Origin: Adineta vaga
Taxonomy: Eukaryota; Animalia; Rotifera
Direction of reading: 5' to 3'
DNA length: 64,000 nucleotides
Assembly (NCBI GenBank): GCA_021613535.1
Contig: CP075493.1
Span: 15,376,001 to 15,440,000, forward strand
The notes under the pieces are model-generated. The model searched no databases. It saw only the letters and a list, made by a program, of their open reading frames with translations, and was not told the DNA's origin. This document shows, piece after piece, positions 49,056 through 60,537 of the stretch (its first letter is position 1; the number at the start of each line of letters is the position of its first letter). A program made the position numbers and the translations under genes.

Positions 49056-52000
49056 TCACGATGAACTATAACGTTTGAGTGAATTCATAAGAGCTGTTTT
49101 ATAAAGATGAGATGGTAATATAAAAATGAATAAGATTGTTGTATGTGGAATAAATGAGACATAAAAAGCAGTTAAATAAATCAATGTAAATGTTGATCCA
49201 GTTCCACTATAATAATGATCATTACATACATAAAGAAATGAAACAATTAAACGAGGTAAAGCAAATAATCCTAAGAAAAAAGGACCAATCAAAATATGTT
49301 TATGTTCACGTAATTGATGTAACCAGATCAACTTTTCATTTTCTTTGCCAACAGTTTGTTTTATTTGAGTAGTTTTAATTATAATTGTTAAAGACGATAT
49401 AATATGAAAAATAAAAGGACAAACAAGATGAATAATATTTAATATTGAATTATATTTATTTAACCAAGATCTACTTGGATATTTCACAACACACCAACCT
49501 CGTTTCCCATCAGGCTCAATAAAAACATGTCTATGTAATGGATCATGAATCTAAACATATACAAAAGAACATTGAAAAGAAAAAGATGAATCAAAAGATT
49601 TTACTGAAATCAATATATTAATTAAAAGAATGATCCATACAAGCCAATGAGCAATCGATTGACTTTTCTTTCGATTAAATTTCGATGTAAGTAAAATATT
49701 CATCAATCGTTCAATAGAAACACAAACATTGAGCCAAGTTGCACATTCAGGAAAATATTTAAGAAAAAATTCTATCAGTAAACATGAAATATAACTTGGA
49801 ACGTTTGATGAGTAAATTTTAATTAAATAAATCATTTTTATTGAAAATATAATCAATGTTGCATTACTGAAAATTGATGAATAAAAAAGATAAATTCCAC
49901 AACCAACTTGTCGTGTATCCGAACGAATAAATGTTAATGTTGATAAACTATTAAAAATAATTCCAAAGGAAATTATTAAAAGACTTAAAATCAAATAAAG
50001 ATTTGTTATCAATGATGATCGATCAAGATATGGACCAAGTAAAGCATCGAGTGATAAAGAATAATTTTGAATGGAAAATTGACAATATGTTCCATAGGTA
50101 CAAAATGGACATAAACAAAATGATTCTGTTGGACAATGACGATAATTTTGAATACAAAGTCCATCATTTTCACATATTTGTTGTTGTTTTTCGCAATTAA
50201 ATATTTCATTGTTTTTCATTGGGACACATTTCAAATATTTTTTAGAAGAAATATCACATAAACATAATTGAAAATCATCATAATAACATTGTGAATTTTG
50301 ACATATTTCTTCTCTACTTTTATTTATATGAAGGTGTAAACATCGAGTTGAATTTTCTATTTTTCCATCAGAATCTTTGAAATTTTTATCGTAATCATGA
50401 AGATTTTTTGAAATAAGATAAAAATTCTTTCGATCATTTTCATTGAAACCAAATGATTGTGCAATGACGATTTGTAACATATCCGGTAAAACATAACGAT
50501 CTCTAAATAATGAATATAAGTATTAATATTCTTCGTGTCGACTCACTTTACCCTCGACTGTGGAACATACAGATGTTTTCTGTGTGTGTCAATATAGTGA
50601 GACGAATTGATCTAGCAACTTTATAAATGATTCTCATTTTTATCCGTACCTACATCCTCACCCTCCCGAACAGTCAAGGGAATATGTTCCAAGATTGTTT
50701 AACTTACTCATTCAATAATTTTAACATACGTTCTTCAGTTCGATAAAGAACGAGATTTGCAGATGAGATTTTTTTAAAGATTGAATATCGAATTGTTTCA
50801 TTTGTTTTCAAAATATTTATGAAATGAAAAAGAACTGCTTCAGATTTAAGTATTTGTTCTTCTTGTGAGAATTTTATTGTTATTTTTGTTTTATTAAATT
50901 GACAATTTGATCCCAGATAATTTTCTTTACATAAACATTGATATTGTCTTATTGTACGTTCATCTAATGCTATACAATAACCATTATTTAAACAAGGATT
51001 TGGATTACAAATATCAAATGGTACTCGACATTGTGATCCTAATCTTCCTTGACTACAAACACAAAGATTTGGTGTAACACAAGATGATCCATTTGAACAT
51101 GTCGATTGACATTGATCATTATTAATTATACAGACGATTTTAGGAGGATTATTATTCGTTGATAAGACACATTGATGATTAGGAAGATGAGAACATGAAT
51201 TACATGAGAAACGATGAGAAGGTTTTGCAGGTAGGACAAGTTGAATAGCCAGTTGATTGACTGGTAAAAATGGAAAAGATAACGGACGAAATATCCATGA
51301 TGACCAATAATTACTTATCATTGTACCAACAGTAAATGCATCAATACGTACATAGATATTTTCACGATCAAATATTGTTGTATTACGTGGATATGGTAAT
51401 GTAAGAATCGTCTTTTTTAAACAATCATGATATGATACATAATATATTTGTTCAGAATTAATAATTCTTTCAGATTGATTAACATGAATTAACATAATAA
51501 CAAACGAAAATAAATGATATTCTTGATTAAAATAAGTTGTTTTTATAACTTGAATTATTAAAGACAAATGTGATTGTTGATATTGACATCGATTTCCATA
51601 ATAAGCTGGTGGACATAAACAAGTATCATTATCATCAATAAGAATACCTCGATGACAACCCCAAACAATAAATTGAGATGATAATGATGATGAAGTTTTC
51701 AATTTAATTGGTTTATGCAAATCCAGTGTTAAACTAGGAAATATATTTATCCAAGAATCTGTTGGTAAATTTCGACGAATAAATACACTAAAAATAGTCT
51801 CGCTTTATTTAGATACAAATCTTATTTTTTGATATTTTGTTCAATAAAAATTCATTTATGTAACTTACCTATCGTTAGCTAATAATAGTTCATGATTTCG
51901 CATACGTTCACAACCAATTGCATTGATATTGTCAAGTTCACATTGTGGATCAAGTCTTTCATCATTTTTATCTGTACAATCAATCATTTGATCATTAAGC

Positions 52001-53716
52001 ATCGATCGTGTAATGCATTGACTCGATGATGAAGAACAAAGAAATCGATGCGATAGATCAAATGAACACGTGTCAATATCAAGTTTCTCGTCTAATGCTC
52101 CCGAACAATCAGGAAAACCATCAGCAAATCGATGAGGAGAAATTTTTTTTGTTGAATTCGATGAACATGATATTAAATGACGATTAATTAATTTTTGTTT
52201 CTCCTCATCAACAGTTAGAGATATTGGTATACAATCACGAAAACTATCTTTAACCGCATCCAATAATTTTTCCCAATGAATACTACTTATATATGTATAA
52301 TTATCGTAGAAAACTTTTGGTAAATATGGAAATGATTCATATGGTCGACATATTAATTTAATACCATTGTCTGTTTGCATTGTTGATTCTATATTTGACT
52401 TTCTAGAATGATAAATCAAATAAAAATTAGACAAAGATCAAATAAATAATGACTTACATGAGTGATGGTAATCGACAAGCACGCTGATCATAACAAATAT
52501 CCTCGGGAGGTACATTTTTTTTCCAAAAATTAACAGTACGATTATTATGATATCGAAAATATACGATATCAAGTAATACAGGACCAGTTGGAAAAAGAAA
52601 ATATGGTTTTGGACATACTTTGGAAATACTAGGTGCACATTTATTTTTCAAACAGTGAATTTTACATTCAGCTCTATCTATATAAACGTCAAGCATACAA
52701 GCAACATATTTTGCACAAAGTGTTGAAAGATTATAGATACTTTTTGAATACAAATGATCTCGATTAGATTTACATGTACTTATACTCGCTTGTCTAAGCA
52801 CTGCTCTTCCCGTATATGATACTTTACTACATGTTCCATCACCACATGAAAAATCTAATGAACCTGTATTACAACGTTGTATATCACATTGATTCCACCA
52901 ATAATCTGCACATGCACTAGACAATTGAGTTCGTTGTAAATTTCTTTCATCACTACTATCAAAACAATCATATTCATAATCAAATGCAAAACTTTTTGGA
53001 ATACAAAGACCATTTCGACATCGATATTCATCTTGTGTACATTCATTAATTTCTAATTGCCAACAATATTTTTCATCTGACCCATCAAGACAATCAACTT
53101 TTCCATCACAAATTTCACGATGATCCAAACAAAGAAAATCATTTTCACTAAATCGTTTACATTCTGTCATATAACATGTAAAACTTCTTAGTTGGTCAAC
53201 AAAACGAAAATTTTCACGGACTTGAAAACGATTTTTAACAAATTGAGTAAATGATTTAACTGATGATTGATATTCACATTGATTACCAAATCGAATAGAA
53301 GAACAATTGAAAAATGTCATATTATTATTCTTGTTTTCTGATTGAAAGATTATATATTGTTCAATTAGATCTAGTGGTGCTTGCCAAGCAAATAATTGAG
53401 ATGCTGTTATATTACGTTCATGTAATTCTTGAAATGTAAATGAAGGAATTTCTTTTGATGATTCTTTCTTCAATTTAGTTTCTTCATCAATTGATAGACG
53501 ACGACGACAATAATTTAATAAAACAGTAGATCGTGAATGAACAAAATATTCATAACTAAATTTCTTTTCAATTGAATTCGACCATGTATGATGAAAATAA
53601 ATACAATCAGAATCCAAATGATTATTTTGTTTATTTATGGTATTGTATAAACGAAATGATGAATAAATGAGTCTTATCTTTATTATTAATAAAAATAGAA
53701 TCATTATTACATTCAT
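49056..53716 (-). CDS. Multi-exon receptor: LDL-receptor class A and EGF repeats followed by a rhodopsin-like 7TM domain
   Basis: Signal peptide; LDLa (ICDGKVDCLDGSDE, YDCFDSSDE); EGF (CLCPPAYYGNRC, CNPNPCLNNGYC); 7TM part (VGCGIYL, VSIERL, LPRL). Exon boundaries approximate. Confidence 0.85.
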
Positions 53717-54032
53717 TCTGAAAAGAACTTGTGCAATGAATAACAAAATCTCAAATATAGAGAATAATGTGAAATTTTCTACGAGATTTCCAGTTATATA
53801 CTATTATTTTAATAAAAATATTGTCACAGTATATATTCTAACATAAGTTATCTATGAATCTATTTATTTACTTCAACATTATTGTTTGACAAATATTACA
53901 TAATGAAAAGTTGATTTTATTTATTCAAAATGTTATGTCAAGTCTTTATTTGAATTGATATAATATATATATTTCAAAATAACAAATCAAATAGAACTAA
54001 CTTTAATCTAATATATACTGTCGTATGAATCA

Positions 54033-54090
54033 AAGGTGTGGGGTGTGAGAGAGATGAAGAAGCGGTTCTCTCTCTTTCTCGCCCACCCTC
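54033..54090. repeat. Palindromic junction element
   Basis: AAGGTGTGGGGTGTGAGAGAGA...TCTCTCTTTCTCGCCCACCCTC, only 13 bp beyond the ART-LRR stop. Confidence 0.8.
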
Positions 54091-54103
54091 TGTATTATGA
54101 TTT

Positions 54104-55873
54104 TTATGTCGATTCAAATCTTTCAATGTTTAAATAAAAGCCTTTTTTTAATGCAGCTGCTTCCATCAATTTCTGTCTACCACCATCACTGAAACCACAC
54201 TTGAGTAACCAAAGTGTATTTAGTGATTGATTTTTTTTAAGCATTTCAGCCAGATAATTGGCACTTCGATTGGTTATTCGTGAATTGTTGTTAAGATAGA
54301 GCTTCTGTAAATTTGACGTTGAATGTGATAGAGCTTTAGCAAATTTTTCGATTCCTTCATCTCCTATTTGATTATTGTTTAGATATAGATCAGTCAATGT
54401 TCGTTTTGATCTTAGCAATGCTACAAGGTGATTCATACCATCATCATCGATATTATTGTTGCTCAAATTGAGTATTTTGATCGATCCACTATCTAATTCC
54501 TAAATATATATTTTAGAACAAATCTTTCGGATTTAAAAGCAAAAAGATAGTGAAATTGGGTGACAAGTCGCATATCTTACGAAAGTTAAAAGTTATTTTC
54601 AAATCAAATTTGGGGTCCAGTTATATACATATTCGATATCGTTATCGCCATGAAAATGTGAGGAGATGCTATACAATATTATGATGATAGATGTCACTGT
54701 TCTTACTTGCATTTTTGTTAGTCCACAGCATTTCCATTGTACCACAGTATGTGTTTCTGGAACGGACAGTTCTCCCGCCAAACACAATAGATCTTTGTTG
54801 GTCAAACAATTGTTGCTGAGATCAACTGCATTCAATGAAGTACTCTTGCGTATTCCTTTACCAAGTTCTTCGATACTTTCGTCTGTCATCTGACCATCGC
54901 TAATTTGAATTTCCTCACATCGTTTTTCCATAATGACTACTTCGATAATTTCTTTCATGTCTTCCTTATTCACGTATTGACCTTTGATAATCATTGATGA
55001 ATTATATTTAACTTGATCTATCAGACGACGAATTACTGGATTACGTTCATTTTCATTGGATGCCGATTGCAAAGGTGTAAACTTTGGTTCTTGAGTTTTA
55101 ACTGGATGTACTGTAGTTTTGTGTGGTTTATTTGGTTTTGAAACCAGACTTTTTTCAATAAGGGGATATTCTGGTTCAGTTTCTTCCAACTGAATAACTG
55201 TTAGACCATCACCTTTATTGACATTGGATACGATTTTAAATTGTGTGGCAGCAATAAGCAGAACTTCATTTTCACCTTTAAAACGAGAATATTCGCGCAC
55301 ATCTTTACCAGAATAGCATTTGAGTTCAAAGATTGTTCTCTCACCCGATTTACCACAGAACTTCTCTGCTACTCTTCTAACATCTGTACACGATGAAAAC
55401 GCCCACCAAATAATATATTCTCCATTTTGATATTGGGCAGAGAGATTTAATTTCACTCCACGAAAAAGATCTCGAGAAGATGATGGAATCTTCAACAAAC
55501 CATTGAGAATCAACTTCAGATATAGAAACCAACTTTTTAATATACTTCGATCTTCAGAGCGAAGATGTTCGTTCAAAACATTGTATAGACTTTTCCCCGG
55601 CTTTTTCCATTCCATTGTATATAGCAATATCGAAGCAGATTCATCGATCGAGATACCATGATTCAATGACTTTTGACAATTCTTCTTAGCATCTGATGCA
55701 TGCTGTTGTACATCAGGAATATCGCTGACAAGTGGCTTAACGGCTTCCTCCAAAGAAACCAAAGGCATATTCTGGTATCCTTGAATAGGTGGCAGCATTC
55801 GCAAGGGCTCATCAGCGATGTCGCCAATGCGCAGTCGATATCCCGCCGATTCTTCCGAATTGTAAGATGCCAT
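54104..55873 (-). CDS. ADP-ribosyltransferase (R-S-E type) plus RI-like LRR protein, join(55873-54707,54499-54104)
   Basis: LFRGV, FSSCT and ENEVLL motifs; LxLxxNxIxDxG repeats; in-frame splice. Confidence 0.85.
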
Positions 55874-56144
55874 TAGGTTGAGTACGTCTAGATAATTTTA
55901 AAGATAGTTTTATCGAGTAAGGAATTGTGTGACCGTGATTTAACACAAAATTCTTATTCTATTCTGATGTGCGCTAATGATTCTGTGTGAATCGATTACT
56001 TGTTTATAAATGTATAATCATTTTACACAAATATACATATTTAAACAGTAATGATTACTCTGATTTCTCGACTACTCAAAGATTGATTACACAATGAACC
56101 ATAGTTTGATATACGGATCCTAATGGATTTTATGGTCGATATCT

Positions 56145-56220
56145 AGGGCGTGGGCGTCTTAAGAAACGTAAGCATGAATACTTTTTGAACAAGAACCCTT
56201 ACTTTCATCCGCCTATCTTA
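56145..56220. repeat. Degenerate palindromic junction element between the ART-LRR paralogs
   Basis: AGGGCGTGGGCGT...CATCCGCCTATCTT. A second left-arm-like sequence TTGGGATAGGTGGGTGTAG lies near 56446. Confidence 0.45.
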
Positions 56221-56678
56221 AAAAAATAAGCGGGGACTAAAGCTAGCTCGGAGAAAAAGAAATGCATGTGTGCGACAGAACTGATAATGATATCGAAAAC
56301 TGTTACCTATTTACTTACCTTGGAGATAAAATATTCTCACTGTTTGGTAAAAGTGTAAATACTCGTGAAATAGTGTATTCTTATCTTATGAGATAGATGA
56401 CACATTTTTCGAAGTGAAAAAGATACGCCATTAACGGCGTAATCATTGGGATAGGTGGGTGTAGATCATCAATCCCGAATTTTAACTTTACCTTGCAAAC
56501 GACTGAGCCTGCACGTAAGTGTCTTAAAATATGTCTTATGCACGGCTTCGTTTCTCAGTATTGAGAGCGTGAATATACAAGAGATACTGACACCATTATA
56601 TCACTTTTTGCAATTTTTCATGCTTAGTTATGATATCCTTTTTTATTTATCAAACCGTGGAACAAACTAGAAAAAGTA

Positions 56679-58199
56679 TTACATGACACGAGAGAGCCAT
56701 AACTGAAACTTTTTCTTTGATTTGGCTGCTGTCAACAGTTCTCGTTCCCCATCCTCTGTAAAATCACAATGGCGCAAATCGAGTTTTTTGAGCGATTGAT
56801 TATGTTCAATCATGGCTATCAATGCACTAATAGTATCATCATCGATACTTGAGTTCGCACTTAGATTTAACATTTCTAGAATCGTATTTCCATGACTCAA
56901 AATATCCGCAAACACTTTCACACCATCGTTGCCGATTCGATTTTCACTTAGAGACAGTTGAATCAATTTTAGATTTGTTTGTAATGCTTCTGCTAGATAT
57001 TTTACACCTTCGTCCGAAATATCATTTGCAGATAAATCAAGTCGTTTTAGAGCTGAAGTCTTCATAGCTGACGCTAAATACTGAACACCCACATCCGATA
57101 TGTTATTCTGTGAAATATTTAATTCTTCCAAATATTGATTATCATGAATGGCATCCGATAGAACTGATAGACCTTGATCTGTGATTGCCGCACTCATCAA
57201 AACAAGTATCTTGCACTGTTTACTAATAATCCCCTGATCACTAATTATAACAATATCTTGATCGTTCAATTGTTCTCCGCTTAAATTTAACTTTCCCAAT
57301 TGACATTTTTGGATCGCTTGTTCGACAGTTGCATTATAGTGGTTAGAAATGGTATGTGCTTTTTTCGGTAATATTACTGGTGATGATTTTATTGATGTTG
57401 GTATATTATTTGTACATGAAGACTTAGTTGACGAGTGTTTAGAATCTATCTCCTGAATCTGGATCATATTCAAATGATTACCTGTATCTAAAATTGCGAT
57501 AACCTTGAATTGACTACCAGGAAGTAGCAAAACTTCATCTTCTTTCTTGACCATTGAATGCTTACGAATATCCTTTCCTGTGTAAGAATCGATGGTGAAC
57601 ATTGTTCTTTTGTTAGTTTTACCGAGAAATTGATTTGATTCGAGAACTTTAATAGAAGTTGTACAAGAAGTTAACGTCCACCAGAAGAAGAATTTTTCTT
57701 GAGAAAAGTCTTGTACCACATCTTTTCTCACTCCTCGATAAAGAAACCGTCGTTCGGACGGCAGTTTTGAAAGTGCAGTCATAAGTAACTTTAGATACAT
57801 AAACCATGATTTCAGACGAAACTTGTCTTCTCCGCGTAGTATCGCATTAAGTATATAGTAAAAAGATTGATCTTCTGGATTCCAGGAGAGTGTATAGAGC
57901 ATAACTGAAGCCGACTCATCTGGAGATAGATTATCTGAAGGATTTTTGCAATTAGCTTTGACTATCCATACCATGTTTCGAACCATAGGTACGATTAACT
58001 CGAGAGGTTCAACAGCTTTTTCAAGCGACACTAGGGGAGCTGTTTCATAGCCTGCAATAGGTGACACACTAGTATGAGAGTTTCCTACTGTGTCACAAAT
58101 ACGTAAAGCATACGCATGCTGATCAGATGTGCTCATTGTAGTAGACAATCGTATGTAACCTAGAAAAAAAACGTAAGGTAGTATATTTTGCATAGTCAA
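56679..58199 (-). CDS. ADP-ribosyltransferase (R-S-E type) plus RI-like LRR protein, paralog
   Basis: LYRGV, LTSCT and EDEVLL motifs with 28-aa LRRs. The true start is probably MSTSDQ near 58136. Confidence 0.9.
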   Translation of the reverse strand: MTMQNILPYVFFLGYIRLSTTMSTSDQHAYALRICDTVGNSHTSVSPIAGYETAPLVSLEKAVEPLELIVPMVRNMVWIVKANCKNPSDNLSPDESASVMLYTLSWNPEDQSFYYILNAILRGEDKFRLKSWFMYLKLLMTALSKLPSERRFLYRGVRKDVVQDFSQEKFFFWWTLTSCTTSIKVLESNQFLGKTNKRTMFTIDSYTGKDIRKHSMVKKEDEVLLLPGSQFKVIAILDTGNHLNMIQIQEIDSKHSSTKSSCTNNIPTSIKSSPVILPKKAHTISNHYNATVEQAIQKCQLGKLNLSGEQLNDQDIVIISDQGIISKQCKILVLMSAAITDQGLSVLSDAIHDNQYLEELNISQNNISDVGVQYLASAMKTSALKRLDLSANDISDEGVKYLAEALQTNLKLIQLSLSENRIGNDGVKVFADILSHGNTILEMLNLSANSSIDDDTISALIAMIEHNQSLKKLDLRHCDFTEDGERELLTAAKSKKKFQLWLSRVM

Positions 58200-58709
58200 A
58201 CTAAAATGGTTAGAAAATCTCTCCTAATCTATATGAAAGATTATTCCAGCAATCATCTGTTGCTTCTACGATAATCGTTCTGTAGATGTGATGGCAGTAA
58301 AAAATACGATGGTTTCGTCCCTATCATCAGATGACACTCGTTGTGTATTCCAATGGGTTTCAAAGGTTCTCACTTGTTTTGAGATTCATTTATTAGCGTT
58401 TTTACTATTTCAAATGTCTATGTTTTTCTCAGCGTCTTGTTCTCATCATTAAAATAATTAAACATAATCAGACGAGAAGTATAGTGCATCTAATAACGTA
58501 AAAGAAGTCTCGAGCGTGCACCAAATTCACATATACTTAGCTTCGTAATGCTTCTTTTTTATCTCTCGTCTTATTCAAAGAAAAAGGTAGTAAAAATAAA
58601 TGTAAACTTCTTATCATTCTTTATAACACTCTTCTTCAAAGTGTACGCTATGGTGTAACAAAAAATAAAACTTTACGAGACAGAAGATACATACTTACGA
58701 CTTGTAATA

Positions 58710-58722
58710 TTGAGGGTGTAGG
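58710..58722 (+). repeat. Left arm of a junction element
   Basis: TTGAGGGTGTAGG; the right arm is only weakly recognisable near 58783-58803. Confidence 0.45.
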
Positions 58723-59394
58723 AAGGAATAAGGTATGCGTTTATGAAAAGGCCCATGATGTTTCATAAATTTTTACAGTCTTCCGCTCACTTCATGCTCT
58801 TGAGTAATAGTAGCCGGCAATAACTTCATTTTCACTCTCCCCTGCTAGAGGGCTGTAAGTGGACCCGCAGCCCCTCTATCCCTGCACTCTCATTCTTGCC
58901 TCTGTTCTTTCATTGATCTCTGTTGAGCGCAAGATAGCGACTGGCGATTTCGCATATTTTACAGTGAAAACGAACGGGTATATTTCTAATAATAGAACTT
59001 CCTTTGAGAAACATTATTGAGTCGGATTTCTCACAGACTATTTGAAAAGTGATACTCGATTTTCTTAGAACTTGCACAGAACCCTATTAATTCTTTTTTT
59101 TAAATATATTTTGAACCTCAATTAGAAACTAAACGAGTTCATAGATATTTCCAATCTTTTTACGACCCACTTTTTTGCCGAGCGTCAATCAGTTAGGATC
59201 ACGTTTGAAATTGAATTCTGTCTAAGTGCCGCCTGTGTTATTTAGTCTTGTATCACTCTATATTCTAGTTGTATTTCCACTATTGAAGTGACCATTAGAC
59301 TGATTTTTATGTATTGACATGATTCTACACTAGAGGGCCTTTAGTAAAAGTTATTCAGAAAACAGTCATACGTACGAGTGTCTTTTATAGACTA

Positions 59395-60271
59395 CTAGCG
59401 GAGATACCCGCTGCAAAGAGGACACAATTTACGTTTTTCATCTACAATAGTGCTCTTCTCATCATCCACCGGACCTCTGCGTTGGTATTTACCCGTCATC
59501 TATCAAAAAATCCTCACACCCTCCTTTCCTGCCCTGCCTTAGTTAGTGTAATCCTTCAGGTCGCCACTCAGCGCGAGTTACCTGTCTTCCATACGTCTTT
59601 CTCCTCCGTACTGAGACCCCTCCTATATCCCTTTTCACGTCTTGCATCAGGCCTTTTTTTCAGAACTTTTCGCATCTCTTCATTAGTTCTTTCCTACTGC
59701 TCTTGTCTCGCTATGCATACGATATACAGCTCTGTTCCTTTCAAAACTCACTCCCACTCTCCCGCTGCAATTCCAGTCCCATTCTACACCCACTGTCCTG
59801 CTGCAAATCCAGTCCCTCGGTAGTTCTGCCTATTCTCAGACGCTCGCTGCAAGTCATACTCTAGTTTATAAACTTCACTTCGACGCCATACAGTTAGAGT
59901 AATAATTTCACCCCAGATTCAGTTTTTTTGAGAACCCAAACCAAGCATTGAAGTTGTCCATCTTGGATGCAGACGACAACGCCCCACCTCCCCCCCCCTC
60001 ACTCCTCGTTGACTATTCTAACTCTATATCGACCTTCCTGTGGACCTAAAGAAGCATTATGGAAAGTTTGAGAATGTTATCTATCACGGAACTGCCTGGG
60101 TGAAATTTCACCCACGCCCCCACCCTTACCCCCCGATGACCATTCTAACCCCATGTCGACCTTCCTCTGGACCTAGGGAAGCATTGTGGAAAGTTTGGTG
60201 ACATTATCTATTACAGAGACTGAATGCATAGCGAACAGACAAACAAACTTTCTTCTTTATATATATATAGA
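59395..60271 (-). mobile_element. Non-autonomous Helitron-like element, apparently complete
   Basis: The minus strand begins A|TCTATATATATATAAAGAAG and ends GCAGCGGGTATCTCCGCTAG|T (TC...CTAG inserted at AT, no TSD). It has an internal tandem repeat and the TGGGTGAAATTTCACCCA palindrome shared with 40452-40822. Confidence 0.7.
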
Positions 60272-60537
60272 TATTATGTTTTCAAGCATTGAGTACACGA
60301 TAGGAGGAATGTTTTTTCCGATCCATCACTATAATTCTACTTTCCTCGTATTTTTCTTGATTTCGCAATATTTTTCAAGGTTTCCATACATTTGTGACTT
60401 AATCAATCTGTAAAAGATTCAGAGATGATGGTTGCACATATTCCTACTATTTACTGAATAGCCACGAATAAAGGAACTTGACAATGTTACCCAATAATCG
60501 CCCTACATATTCATATTTTGTTTTAGATTAATTTATA

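Noticed and set aside
2071-58722. CRISPR array interpretation of the recurring palindromes
   Set aside because: Spacing is 0.3-10 kb and irregular, the repeats are degenerate, there are no cas genes, and the context is eukaryotic.
2071-58722. Rho-independent terminators or simple (GT)n microsatellites
   Set aside because: The hairpins lack consistent U-tails and occur at both 5' and 3' sides of genes. The arms are paired inverted hexamer-type units with a defined outer end, not dinucleotide runs.
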